Positions 7,159-16,553 of a stretch of 52,958 nucleotides of DNA are shown here, piece by piece. Both the position numbers and the translations under genes were made by a program. Origin of the DNA: a virus (lineage: Duplodnaviria > Caudoviricetes); the IMG/VR virus record IMGVR_UViG_3300023199_000212, positions 1-52,958 of that record, one strand, 5' to 3'. Each line of letters starts with the position of its first letter. Positions within the stretch are counted from its first letter, which is position 1. The notes below the pieces were generated by a model. It was not told the DNA's origin and made no database searches. It saw only the letters and a list, made by a program, of their open reading frames with translations.

Positions 7159-7667
7159 ACATAGACTTCAAGGTTCGCGGCCGCGAGGACGGCAGCTACG
7201 CACTGCTCGCCGCCAAGCCTCCCGAGAACGGTCGGTCGCGCCGGAAGTGGGAGGAGGTCGGGTACGTCCAGCGCGGCGAGGGAGAGAGCGCCGATTCCGG
7301 CCGCAGCCGCAAGGGCTGGAGCTACTACTTCCTCGGCGACGTGAGCCTCGTCTACAAGAGCAAGCGCGATGCGCTCGAGGCGCTCCAGAAGGTCGTCCTC
7401 GAGATGCTCTCCAGCGAGCCCGAGGGGGAGCCCGAGCAGGGCGGTCCCGAGCGGCCAGAGGACGAGCCGTGGGAGGGGGAGACCAGGGAGGCCGGTCCCT
7501 TCCCGTTCGACATCAACCGGCCGGTGTCCCACAAGCTGGGCTACCACGACGGCGAGATCACGAGCGTCGAGCGCATGGAGGGGGACTGGCGCATCAGCGC
7601 CAGGTTCCCGCGGCACAAGTGCTCGCTACGCGGTGGCGTCGAGGACTTCGCGCAGGAGGCGGCGTGA
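7155..7667 (+). CDS. hypothetical protein
   Basis: GGAGAGG RBS, ATG at 7155, phage-typical codon usage. Confidence 0.7.
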   Translation: MNIDFKVRGREDGSYALLAAKPPENGRSRRKWEEVGYVQRGEGESADSGRSRKGWSYYFLGDVSLVYKSKRDALEALQKVVLEMLSSEPEGEPEQGGPERPEDEPWEGETREAGPFPFDINRPVSHKLGYHDGEITSVERMEGDWRISARFPRHKCSLRGGVEDFAQEAA

Positions 7668-7885
7668 GCCGATTCTGCTGCCCCATGCGGGCCCGGTTCA
7701 TCGTCGGGCCCGTGGGCATCCGCCTCGACCAGCCGGAGCCTGTCGATGTGGCCGACTTCATCCTCGACTGGCGGGCGGACACGCCCGGCGCCAAGCCGGT
7801 GATCGCCATTCGGTTCTGCCCGTTCTGCGGCAGGGAGATCCACCACAAGGAGCGCAGGGACATCGTCGAGCCGGGAGCGCCATGA
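7664..7885 (+). CDS. small zinc-binding protein
   Basis: GGAGG RBS; FCC...IRFCPFCG motif. Confidence 0.65.
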   Translation: MSRFCCPMRARFIVGPVGIRLDQPEPVDVADFILDWRADTPGAKPVIAIRFCPFCGREIHHKERRDIVEPGAP

Positions 7886-8067
7886 CGAGCCCGTACCTCC
7901 ATCTGGCCTTGGAGCATTGGCAGCTCGCCGAGGAGCTGACCAGTCCCCACCTACGGGACTTCCACTGCTACGTCTACCTCGCGCTCGCGGCAGAGGGCGA
8001 GGATGAGGTCGCTCTGTGGCACGACTGCTGGACGAACGGGTGGGTTTGTTCGGTCTTGCCTCGCTAG
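7882..8067 (+). CDS. hypothetical protein
   Basis: GGGAG RBS, ATGA overlap. Confidence 0.55.
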   Translation: MTSPYLHLALEHWQLAEELTSPHLRDFHCYVYLALAAEGEDEVALWHDCWTNGWVCSVLPR

Positions 8068-8189
8068 TCGTAGCGAGTCTCATACTCGAACGTGCGTGCA
8101 ATCTCCTGATTGAAGTAGCGCCCCTTCGACTCTGCCAGCTTCATGCGGTAGTAGACAGCAGGCGGCACGGCTCGATAGACGTAGGTCGC
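8064..8189 (-). pseudogene. C-terminal remnant of a KTSC-domain gene
   Basis: Translates TYVYRAVPPAVYYRMKLAESKGRYFNQEIARTFEY..*, matching the KTSC pattern Y.Y..VP..VY..L..A.SKG.YFN..I; N-terminal half absent. Confidence 0.7.
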
Positions 8190-8419
8190 GGTGCGCGTCC
8201 TCTCCGGCAGGAGTGCCCGTGCCAAAAGCAACCTCGCACCTGGACGGCGACCGGCCGAAGAACGATGTCGGGCGTCCCTGGTAGATCTGAACGGTGAGTG
8301 TCGAACAGGAGCCCGCGTGAGAGGAGCGCAGCCTGAAGCGCCAACTCGGGTGATGTGTCTCGAGTGCGTACGGCGCGCATCACCTCAGATCGCTTCGCTC
8401 TGCTGAATACATCCCCCAT
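8141..8419 (-). pseudogene. vsr: very-short-patch repair endonuclease Vsr, C-terminally truncated
   Basis: DVFS.AKRSEVMRAV...DTSPE...DLPGTPDIV...GCFWHGH; lacks the C-terminal W..K..N..RD/GW.V..VWEC part. Confidence 0.85.
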
Positions 8420-9315
8420 CAGTTCCGTCCTGGATAGTTCGCGTTCTTGTATGGGATAAACCTCTCATCGAGAAACACCACGTCCATCGCGTAGAAGGCG
8501 TCCGATCTGAAGACCGCTGTCTTTCCGGAATCGCCTGGGGTGTTGCTGATGGAAAAGTCGTCGGGGCCGACATTCCCCACTCGGATCTCCCAGATCCAGA
8601 TCGTGTCGCCCCGTTTCTCTCGATCGAACTGTCCAGCGCGGTCCCCGAGCACGTACCGTACGGTCAGATGGGGGCCAGGCTTGGGCAGGTGCCCCTTCGG
8701 CTTATTCTTCGCAAGAGCGACCTTGATCTCCAGCTCACACGCCGGATTCTTCAGCGGGACAAGATCCGGGTACTTGTGTGGCCCGTTCCTTTGATACAGA
8801 CCATCAGAGGCCTCCGCGATCGCGCCACCGAAGATGTTCCCGAGCATTGCCGATAGATTCGCCAGTTCGACGGTCTCTGCCAGCGGCGAACTCTCCGCCG
8901 CCAGCAACTGTGCGTCGATCAAGTCCAGCGTCCCATAGGTCTTCTCGATCGCCGCGCCCAGCATTTCGAGGGTGAGCGCAGTGGCCTCTTGTAGACGGTC
9001 CCCCTTCCGCAGCATGCCATCAGCGGGACGGCGTTCTACCCAGTCCGGAGGGACGAGAAGCGGGGCGGCCTTCCCCTCCGGGGTGGATCCCCCTACCTCG
9101 GCCAAGAGCGACCCCAAGGGCATGTCCAGGGCCCATGCGATACTCAGGGCGACTTCAAGAGAGGGGTGCCGTGAGCCCTTCTCCAGGAGGCCCACATGGC
9201 TCCGATCGATGCCCGCTCGTACAGCCAGCTCTTCCTGCGTAAGCCCCTGGCGCATCCGCTCTTCCGTCAGCCGCCGGACGATGGCGGCGACGATACCGGC
9301 TGCCGGGGTGTCCAT
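8419..9315 (-). CDS. XRE HTH (controller-like) domain fused to PD-(D/E)xK type II restriction endonuclease-like domain
   Basis: RMRQGLTQEELAVRAGIDRSHVGLLEKGSRHPSL HTH; YPDL...LEIK nuclease motif; divergent from C5-MTase and upstream of vsr. Confidence 0.75.
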   Translation of the reverse strand: MDTPAAGIVAAIVRRLTEERMRQGLTQEELAVRAGIDRSHVGLLEKGSRHPSLEVALSIAWALDMPLGSLLAEVGGSTPEGKAAPLLVPPDWVERRPADGMLRKGDRLQEATALTLEMLGAAIEKTYGTLDLIDAQLLAAESSPLAETVELANLSAMLGNIFGGAIAEASDGLYQRNGPHKYPDLVPLKNPACELEIKVALAKNKPKGHLPKPGPHLTVRYVLGDRAGQFDREKRGDTIWIWEIRVGNVGPDDFSISNTPGDSGKTAVFRSDAFYAMDVVFLDERFIPYKNANYPGRN

Positions 9316-9334
9316 AGGACGGCAGCCTAGGGGG

Positions 9335-9363
9335 TTGACGGCGGGTGTCGAGGAGACTATTGT
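9335..9363 (+). promoter_or_regulatory. promoter of the methyltransferase, with palindromic operator candidates
   Basis: TTGACG-N17-TATTGT; palindromes GTCCATAGGAC (9310-9320) and GACTATTGTC (9355-9364). Confidence 0.5.
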
Positions 9364-9374
9364 CCCCACCGGAT

Positions 9375-10535
9375 ATGCGCGAGACGAAGATCCTGGATCT
9401 GTTCTGCGGCACTGGCGGCTTCTCGAAGGGCTTCGAGGACTCAACCGAGCACGGCTACCAGGTAGTACTCGGCGTCGATGTCAGGCGCGACTGCCTCGAC
9501 ACCTTCGCAGCCAATCACTCCTCTGCACTCGCCTTGTGCCAGGATGTCCGATCACTCCCTTGGAGGAAGATGCGCGAGGACCTCGGGCTGCGACGCGGTG
9601 AGTTGGGTGTCGCAATTGGTGGTCCGCCGTGCCAAGGATTCTCGAGCATTCGTCCTCACCGCTCTACTAACAACAACGACCCCCGAAACCAGCTGTTCCG
9701 ATCGTTCGTAGCCTGCGTCGACGAGTTTCGCCCGCCTGTCTTCGTGATGGAGAACGTCGTCGGGTTGGCGACTCACGGTGGCGGTGCTGACATAGAGGGA
9801 ATCGCGCACTCGTTCGAGGCAATCGGATATGCCACTGACTGGAGAATCCTGAACGCCGCCCACTTTGGGGTACCTCAAAGGCGCGAGCGTCTCGTGATGA
9901 TTGGCGTTGAGGGTGGGGGTGAGATTCCGTGGCCGGAGCCGACGCACGAATCCGATCATCCAACGATCGGATTTCGGGAGAGGCATCGGCTCCTGCGCCC
10001 TGAGACACTGCCGCTCTTTTCGAACGGCTCCGAGCTAGAACCCGCCGTGACGGTCATGGACGCTATCGGCGATCTGCCGAACATTGAAGCAGGCCAGGAG
10101 ACCACTGTCTACGATCGCCCGCCGAGCACAAAGTACCAGCGGGCTCGTCGGCGCCGCTGCAAGGTCCTTACTTGGCATTCGTCTACTCGTCATACAGACA
10201 GGATGCTCCAGATCATTCGACACAGCGGTCGGAACATCAACAGCATTCCCGAGCATCTCATCACCAGCGGATTCAGCTCGTGCTACTCTCGGCTGGATGG
10301 TGATGAGCCGTCCGTGACCATCACCGTCAACTTCGTGCATCCAGCCTCGAATCGGTGCATCCACCCGATTGCTGACCGAGCCTTGACTCCTCGCGAGGGA
10401 GCGAGACTTCAGTCCTTCAACGACAGTTTCCGGTTCGTCGGTACTAGGACGCAGATCGTGAAACAGATCGGCAATGCGGTACCACCGCTACTTGGTACTG
10501 CAGTAGCGAGAGCAGTGGCACGCGTCCTCGCATGA
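9375..10535 (+). CDS. DNA (cytosine-5)-methyltransferase
   Basis: Motifs I DLFCGTGG, IV GGPPCQGFS, VI ENV, VIII GVPQRRER, IX TPREGARLQSF, X QIGNAVPP. Confidence 0.97.
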   Translation: MRETKILDLFCGTGGFSKGFEDSTEHGYQVVLGVDVRRDCLDTFAANHSSALALCQDVRSLPWRKMREDLGLRRGELGVAIGGPPCQGFSSIRPHRSTNNNDPRNQLFRSFVACVDEFRPPVFVMENVVGLATHGGGADIEGIAHSFEAIGYATDWRILNAAHFGVPQRRERLVMIGVEGGGEIPWPEPTHESDHPTIGFRERHRLLRPETLPLFSNGSELEPAVTVMDAIGDLPNIEAGQETTVYDRPPSTKYQRARRRRCKVLTWHSSTRHTDRMLQIIRHSGRNINSIPEHLITSGFSSCYSRLDGDEPSVTITVNFVHPASNRCIHPIADRALTPREGARLQSFNDSFRFVGTRTQIVKQIGNAVPPLLGTAVARAVARVLA

Positions 10536-10649
10536 TGCTCACCCCATCGAGCTGATCAGGTCGCAGACCAGCTCGCGGAAGCGGCCGAGCGTGACTCGGG
10601 CGTTGCGGCCGACACCTCGATCGAAGTGCTTCCTAGACGGGGCGCTCTT

Positions 10650-10711
10650 GCCCTGTCCAGCTCCGTCCTGTTCCTTCCCGCCCTGTCCAGCTCCGTCCCG
10701 CTCTGTCCAGC
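10650..10711. repeat. tandem 19-bp repeats GCCCTGTCCAGCTCCGTCC (30-bp period) plus partial third copy
   Basis: Copies at 10650, 10680; CTGTCCAGC at 10703. Confidence 0.85.
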
Positions 10712-10759
10712 CGACAACGTCAAGATCGGCTAACTCGCCGATCTGTATAACCCGCGGCC

Positions 10760-11002
10760 ATGGGCGAAGAGAAGACGAAAACGTGTCGCCGCTGCGGAGA
10801 GAAAAGGGCGACCCGCGAGTTCCGCGCGTTCAGCGTCCGCAGCGGCTGGGAGTACCTCGGACCGGGCAAGTACAGGCCGAAGTACATGGGCCCCTACCTG
10901 CGCTCGTGGTGCAGGGACTGCGAGCGTGAGTACTCGAAGTCGTGGCGAGAGAGGCACCCCGGCTACCACGCGCAGAAGGCTCGAGAGTACCGGGCGATGT
11001 AG
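10760..11002 (+). CDS. zinc-finger protein resembling the N-terminal domain of HNH/EndoVII nucleases
   Basis: KTCRRCGEK...EF...RSWCRDC; no catalytic domain. Confidence 0.6.
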   Translation: MGEEKTKTCRRCGEKRATREFRAFSVRSGWEYLGPGKYRPKYMGPYLRSWCRDCEREYSKSWRERHPGYHAQKAREYRAM

Positions 11003-11014
11003 CGCCCCAGCACC

Positions 11015-11608
11015 TCAACCGGCCCGGCGTTGGCGTCGCCTGCGCAGTTCGGCCGCACGGCGCCGGGCCCTCTGCTGGATGTCACGCCGCGCCTGGGCGG
11101 CCTGGCCGCGGTGCTGCGTAGCCCACCACGCCATCCCGACGGCGTCCATCAGGTGCGCCTTCATGCGCTGCGAGTTGATCATCGAGCAGTCGAGGTCCTC
11201 GCGCAGCTGCCGGTGGTGCGCCGCCTTGCTCCGGTTTCCCTTCCACTCGTGCGCGGTGGGGCACATGAACCGGGCGTGGGGGAACGCGCGCATGAGCGCG
11301 CCGAGCGCTACGCCGCCGGTGACGCTGACTCGGTTGAGGCCGGTGAGGCCCTCGCACCCGAGCGGCGTCTGGGGGTAGACCTTCATGGCCTCGACGACGA
11401 CGATCGCCGGTTCGTCGAGTTTCTGCAACGCCGGCGCGAGGCTCACGGCCACCTGGCGGGCCGTCTCGATCACCGCGGCGTCATCGACGAGTTGCCTGCT
11501 CACCGTCGCCTGCCACGCGAACACGACCTCACCGCCCCGCTGAGCGGCCACGGCGAGCGTGTGCGTGTCGGGATCGCATCCAACGGTGAGCACTCTACCT
11601 GCTATCAT
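11015..11608 (-). CDS. ruvC: RuvC-like Holliday junction resolvase
   Basis: VGCDPD, VVVE, P..WK, HLMDAVGMA RNase H-fold motifs. Confidence 0.8.
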   Translation of the reverse strand: MIAGRVLTVGCDPDTHTLAVAAQRGGEVVFAWQATVSRQLVDDAAVIETARQVAVSLAPALQKLDEPAIVVVEAMKVYPQTPLGCEGLTGLNRVSVTGGVALGALMRAFPHARFMCPTAHEWKGNRSKAAHHRQLREDLDCSMINSQRMKAHLMDAVGMAWWATQHRGQAAQARRDIQQRARRRAAELRRRRQRRAG

Positions 11609-11624
11609 ATCGTGTAGAGGCGGC

Positions 11625-11891
11625 ATGTCCACCACCGAGATCTACAACCGCATGAACGAGATCGAGAAGAAGGTCGAGCGCCTCGTGCTGCTGAACGAGC
11701 AGGCGCTCGCTCACCTAGAGCGCCACGAGCAGCATCTCAGCGGCGACCCCGCGAGCGGACAGCCGGGTATCGTGGTGAAGCTCGATCGCGTGGAGCAGTG
11801 GAAGGCGCGCCACACCAAGCTCATGTGGATCCTCCTCGGCGCGGTGTGCGGTGGCCTGGTCGAGCGCGTCTGGACGCTGATGCTGGGCTAG
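11625..11891 (+). CDS. coiled-coil protein with C-terminal TM helix (XhlA/holin-like)
   Basis: GAGG RBS; heptad-rich N-terminus; LMWILLGAVCGGLV. Confidence 0.6.
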   Translation: MSTTEIYNRMNEIEKKVERLVLLNEQALAHLERHEQHLSGDPASGQPGIVVKLDRVEQWKARHTKLMWILLGAVCGGLVERVWTLMLG

Positions 11892-12418
11892 ACGAAGAAC
11901 CCCCCGCGCACGGTGCGGCGCTCGAAGGCCTCGGGCACCTCCTGCCTCACCACGCGCCGGAACGTCTTCTGGGCCTCCGGTGTTGAGCGCCGGAAGAACC
12001 CGTGAAGCCCGCGGTCGAAGAAGTGCTTCCCGCGCACGCTGCCGCCCGAGCGTGGCGACATGCGCGCGATGACCGCCTTGCCGTCCTCCACGTCCTGCAG
12101 GAGCTGCTCCCACGGGATGTTGAGGCGGCGGATCTGGACGGCGCGCACGGGGTAGTTCCCGTGGTGCCGGGGGTCGTCGCGCGGATCCCAGTACCAGATG
12201 AGGAACAGGTTCGGTCGAGCGAGGGAGGGCCCGCGACCGTCGTGGTAGTAGACCGCCCAGTAGTGGGGGACGCCGAGCCACCAGCGGCCGTCCCGCTTCT
12301 GCAGGCGCAGAGCGGCGCGCAGCGTGCGGGACTCGATGAAGCCCTTGACGCGCTGCAGAGCCCTCTGACCGATCGCCTGGGCGATGCGGTCGTGCAGCTC
12401 GCTGCGCTTGATGGTCAT
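11888..12418 (-). CDS. putative head-tail/tail-completion morphogenesis protein
   Basis: Basic protein with WAVYYHDGRG and KHFFDRGL motifs reminiscent of HK97 gp10/Mu gpG; coupled to portal. Confidence 0.5.
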   Translation of the reverse strand: MTIKRSELHDRIAQAIGQRALQRVKGFIESRTLRAALRLQKRDGRWWLGVPHYWAVYYHDGRGPSLARPNLFLIWYWDPRDDPRHHGNYPVRAVQIRRLNIPWEQLLQDVEDGKAVIARMSPRSGGSVRGKHFFDRGLHGFFRRSTPEAQKTFRRVVRQEVPEAFERRTVRGGFFV

Positions 12419-13875
12419 GCGGCCAGCAGAGCCTTGAACATCCGGTCGACCGTGCCCTCCATGAAGTCGCGGATGATCGTCTCGCGGCGATCTTCCGGCA
12501 GGGTCTCGGCGATCTTGGCGACGCGGTCCTCGAGGGAGGTCTTCTCCGCGAAGTACGTCTCCAGCTCCTCGTCGGACTTCTGCACGGCGCGGTTGGTCGG
12601 CCGCTGCGAGTTGATATCGCGGCGAGAGCCGGGCTCCTTGGGCGCCTCCTGCATCGAGCCGGGCGCCTCGATCTGCGCGACCGGCACCTCCTCGACGATC
12701 GTCTTCAGCTTGAAGGCGCCGTTGCCGTCGAGGCCCTTGACGCCGTCACCGGAGCCCAGCGTCTGCCCGAGCGTCTTCTGGATCGCGGTCTGCGCCGGAG
12801 CGATCACGAGCGACTGGAACATCCACATCGCGTTGATGAACTCGTTGTTCGCGCCGAGCTTGCCCGGGATCTGGATGCCCGCGAGCAGCGGCGGCACGCG
12901 ATGGGCGGACACGATGCGGTTGGCGATCGTGTCGAGCATGGACTGGAACCAGCCCTCGGCCATCTGCTCGCCGAGCTTGTGGACCTGCACCTCGACCTCG
13001 GGCTTGTTGATCTTGATCGCGAGGGTCTTGTGGTGGTTGCCCATGCCCGTGCCGCTCTGCACGGCGTCCTTGATCTCCTTCCAGTCCTCCTCGCTGACGC
13101 CGCCGCCGATGAGCGTGAGGATGAACTCCGGCACGCCCGAGTTCATGAAGAAGTCGAAGTTGTACTGCGTGATGGCGTGGGCCAGCTCGATCTGCGCGAC
13201 AGCCGAGAGCCAGTCGGGCATGCCGTACCAGCGGTGCAGCGACGTGGGGCGGCGCAGGTGGATCAGCTCCGAGACCTCTGTCTGCCTCGATCGCGCCTTG
13301 GGGAGCACCTCGCGCTTCACGCGGTCGGCATCGCCGAAGGCCGCGCAGATGAGGTCGGGGCCGGACTCCTGCCGGACGATGTAGTGGAAGTCGAGCGTGT
13401 CGTTCTTCTCGATCTTGAACTTCACGCACTCCGCTGCGACGTGGTAGAGGCCCTTGATCTCGCTGCCCTCGCGGACGACCTCGATCCAGCCGTTGCCGGT
13501 GTGCCAGTAGTCCTCGACGGCCGACGTGCTCACGTCTTGCCACGTCGTGGCGCAGAGCGGGTCGAGCGTCTCGTCGACCTTCTCGTTCTCGAAGCCCAGG
13601 CCGACCGTGCTCTCCCGCTTGGCCTCGATGCAGGCCGAGTGGTGGGGGTCGGCGTCCTTGAACCGCTTCGCAGCCCGGAAGTCGAAGGGGTGCTGGACCT
13701 CTCCGCGGTTCGCCCGCTGGCGCGAGCGCGCCTCCCGGGGGAGGAGGCCCTTGAGCAGATAGGACGACCAGCTCTCCTTCTTGGGCATCCCCTTGGGGCG
13801 GGCGAACAGGGGGGTGTGGGCCCGCTTCATGTGAATGACCATGTCGGGCTGTCGTGTCGAGGTATCATGGCTCAT
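12415..13875 (-). CDS. portal protein, PBSX/P2-Q family
   Basis: HHSACIEAK, DYWHTGNGWIEVVR, YGMPDWLSA...FFMNSGVP, IVSAHRVPPLLAGI. Confidence 0.92.
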   Translation of the reverse strand: MSHDTSTRQPDMVIHMKRAHTPLFARPKGMPKKESWSSYLLKGLLPREARSRQRANRGEVQHPFDFRAAKRFKDADPHHSACIEAKRESTVGLGFENEKVDETLDPLCATTWQDVSTSAVEDYWHTGNGWIEVVREGSEIKGLYHVAAECVKFKIEKNDTLDFHYIVRQESGPDLICAAFGDADRVKREVLPKARSRQTEVSELIHLRRPTSLHRWYGMPDWLSAVAQIELAHAITQYNFDFFMNSGVPEFILTLIGGGVSEEDWKEIKDAVQSGTGMGNHHKTLAIKINKPEVEVQVHKLGEQMAEGWFQSMLDTIANRIVSAHRVPPLLAGIQIPGKLGANNEFINAMWMFQSLVIAPAQTAIQKTLGQTLGSGDGVKGLDGNGAFKLKTIVEEVPVAQIEAPGSMQEAPKEPGSRRDINSQRPTNRAVQKSDEELETYFAEKTSLEDRVAKIAETLPEDRRETIIRDFMEGTVDRMFKALLAA

Positions 13876-13932
13876 GTAAGGGCTCCTGCCCTTATTCTAA
13901 GTCAACCTGTACAACCGCTGTAGACTAGAAGC

Positions 13933-14967
13933 ATGCGACGCATCATCGACGCAGATATCCAGTTCATCAGCCTCTGTCCTCGAGGCGCCAACGGCTTCGT
14001 GAGCCTCTTCAAGAGCGATCAGACCGCCGAGTTCCGAGGGCTCACGCGGGCGCTGGAGAAGTTCGAGGAGCGCGGACAGCTGGTCGCCTGCGTCTACGCG
14101 CCGAACCACGTCGATCGGCAGGGCGACTGGGCCGACGCCGCCACAGTCGAGAAGATGGCGCACAGCTTCATCAAGAACGGCGCCTCCATCGACCTGATGC
14201 ACAACGGCAAGAAGGTCTCGCCGGACGAGGCCTACGTCGCCGAGTCGTTCATCATCCAGAAGGGCGACGCGCGCTTCGAGGGCATGAAGACCGTCGAGGG
14301 CGAGGCCGTGGACGTGACCGGCGGCTGGGGTGTGGTCTTCCAGATCGACAGCCCCGAGCTGCGCAAGGACTACCGCGAGGGCAAGTGGAACGGAGTGTCC
14401 ATGGCAGGCCCCGCGAAGGTCATCGACGAGGATCTCACCAAGATGACGCCGGATGCCGCTCTCGAGGCCATCCGCAAGCTCTTCCAGACCAACACCACCA
14501 ACGGAGACACCGACATGAAGCGTGAAGAGATCGAGGCGCTCGTCAAGAGCACCGTCGAGGAGACCGTCAAGGGCGTCGTCGAGGCGCTCAAGCCCGAGGC
14601 CCCGGAGACCCCGGAGGGCGGCAAGGTCGAAAAGAACGACGAGCCGACGCTCGACGTGACCGACCCGAAGGCCGTCCTCGAGCACGCACGCAAGGCCGCG
14701 CTGAAGAAGGCGCACGACGACGCGGACCTGACGACCGCCGAGGGCCGGACGGCCTACACCGAGGCCGTCGCCGCGATCGAGAAGGAGTTCGCGGGCGAGG
14801 GCGAGAGCAACGAGCCCGCGAAGGCGGCCAAGAAGAAGCCCGCCGCGAGCAACGTGGCGAAGGGCGAGGAGACCGACGAGGACAGCGAGTCCGAGGACGA
14901 CGAGCTGCTCAAGATGGGCGACGACCTCGCGAAGTACATCACCGACCGTCGGATGGTGCGCGCCTAA
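13933..14967 (+). CDS. XkdF-like prohead serine protease with C-terminal scaffold region
   Basis: ISLCPRGAN, VYAP..VD.QGD, DLMH, VAESFI, GKWNGVSMAG; acidic helical tail. Confidence 0.9.
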   Translation: MRRIIDADIQFISLCPRGANGFVSLFKSDQTAEFRGLTRALEKFEERGQLVACVYAPNHVDRQGDWADAATVEKMAHSFIKNGASIDLMHNGKKVSPDEAYVAESFIIQKGDARFEGMKTVEGEAVDVTGGWGVVFQIDSPELRKDYREGKWNGVSMAGPAKVIDEDLTKMTPDAALEAIRKLFQTNTTNGDTDMKREEIEALVKSTVEETVKGVVEALKPEAPETPEGGKVEKNDEPTLDVTDPKAVLEHARKAALKKAHDDADLTTAEGRTAYTEAVAAIEKEFAGEGESNEPAKAAKKKPAASNVAKGEETDEDSESEDDELLKMGDDLAKYITDRRMVRA

Positions 14968-15041
14968 GCGGACCTCCTCCACACAAGACGGAAACACCGG
15001 CTACAATCAAGTCAGACCTGAACACCTAGGAGATACAACCG

Positions 15042-15440
15042 ATGGCTCTGCAGAAGCGCGCGATGATTTCCGACCGCTCCGAGACGGGCCGGAACCGCAT
15101 CGTCCCCGAGATCACCGATTCGGTCGTGTTCGCGCAGGCGGGCGGCGACAAGGAGCTGCCCGTGGGCACCGTGCTCGCGTTCGACACGTCCGTCAACGGC
15201 TGGGTCGAGTGGGCGAACGGCGGCCTGAACGGCACCGACGAGGTCCGCGCGGTCGTCTTCCCCGACCCCATCACGATCCTCCTCGCGGGCGAGGTCACCG
15301 GCACGGTCATGCTGAAGGGCGAGGCCCACCGCGACGACCTCGTGTCGGACGGCGGCACGTCCACGCAGCTCGACGCGGAGCTGGCCGCGAACGCCCTGCG
15401 GCGCGGCATCCGGGTCAAGGAGCTGGCGGACGTTCGCTAG
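15042..15440 (+). CDS. head decoration protein (lambda gpD-like)
   Basis: LPVGTVLA..W...G..G motif; between protease and capsid; AGGAG RBS. Confidence 0.75.
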   Translation: MALQKRAMISDRSETGRNRIVPEITDSVVFAQAGGDKELPVGTVLAFDTSVNGWVEWANGGLNGTDEVRAVVFPDPITILLAGEVTGTVMLKGEAHRDDLVSDGGTSTQLDAELAANALRRGIRVKELADVR

Positions 15441-15488
15441 TCTCAACCACAAGACACCCAGGCAAGACACACCTTCGGAGAACACACG

Positions 15489-16553
15489 ATGCCCCAGCTG
15501 GTACAGGAACTCTCTTGGCAGAGCCTCACCCGCACGATCAACAAGATCAAGGCGCCGTCGACGTTCCTCACCGACCTTCTCTTCTCCGCGCGGAACACGA
15601 ACGACACGGAGCTGCTGGAGATCGGCAAGGTTCTCGGCGACCGGCGGATGGCTCCCTTCGTCCGCAAGGGCGCGCAGGCGTTCGCGCTGCCCGGCACCAC
15701 GACCGGCTTCCGCTCGATCGAGGCGCCGAACATCCGCGTCAAGCTCCCGCTGAAGCCCGACAAGCTGCTCTTCGGCCGCGATCCGGGCACGCCGGTCTAC
15801 ATCGACCGCGACGAGCACGTCAGCGCCGTGCAGCGCAAGATCGCGCGCGAGGTCGCCTACATGCGCTCCCAGGTCGACAACCGGGTCGAGTGGATGTGCG
15901 CCCAGGCCCTGACGAGCAAGATCTCCTACGTGGCCGCCGACGACCTCCACGCCGAGGCCTTCGAGTTCGACTACGTCCGCGACGCGGCCTTCACCGTGGC
16001 GCTGGGCGCGGGCGACCGCTGGAACGAGGCCACCGCCGACATCGCGGGCGACGTGCGCGCCGCCGCCGACGCCGTGATGGAGGAGACGGGCGTCAACATC
16101 ACGGACGCCATCTGCGGCAAGGACGCCGCCGAGGCCTTCCTCAACAACGACAAGGTGCAGGCGATCGTCGAGCGCCGTCGGCCGGAGGAGGGCTCGCCCC
16201 TCATGCTCTTCGGCCGCCCGGCCCCGAACGGCGCCCGCTGGCTGGGCACGATCCACGGCGTCAACTGGTGGGTCTACCCGCGCAAGATCAAGGACGCCGA
16301 CGGCACCGAGGTCACCCTCATCGACGACAAGAAGGTCTTCTTCGTGTCGCAGGAGGCCGGTGCGCAGTTCTCGCTCGAGTTCGGGGCGATCCCCGACATG
16401 ACCGCCTTCGAGGGCGGCTCGCTCGAGGCCGAGATCTTCACCAAGAGCTGGGTCGAGGAGGACCCGAGCGTCGTGCAGATGCTCGCGCACTCCCGCCCCT
16501 TCCCGCTCATGGGCCAGCCGGAGGCCGTCTACGAGCTGCAGGTGCTCGCGTAG
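15489..16553 (+). CDS. major capsid protein (lambda gpE family)
   Basis: FLTDLLF, MAPFV, RVEWMCAQAL, KSWVEEDPS...HSRPFP. Confidence 0.93.
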   Translation: MPQLVQELSWQSLTRTINKIKAPSTFLTDLLFSARNTNDTELLEIGKVLGDRRMAPFVRKGAQAFALPGTTTGFRSIEAPNIRVKLPLKPDKLLFGRDPGTPVYIDRDEHVSAVQRKIAREVAYMRSQVDNRVEWMCAQALTSKISYVAADDLHAEAFEFDYVRDAAFTVALGAGDRWNEATADIAGDVRAAADAVMEETGVNITDAICGKDAAEAFLNNDKVQAIVERRRPEEGSPLMLFGRPAPNGARWLGTIHGVNWWVYPRKIKDADGTEVTLIDDKKVFFVSQEAGAQFSLEFGAIPDMTAFEGGSLEAEIFTKSWVEEDPSVVQMLAHSRPFPLMGQPEAVYELQVLA

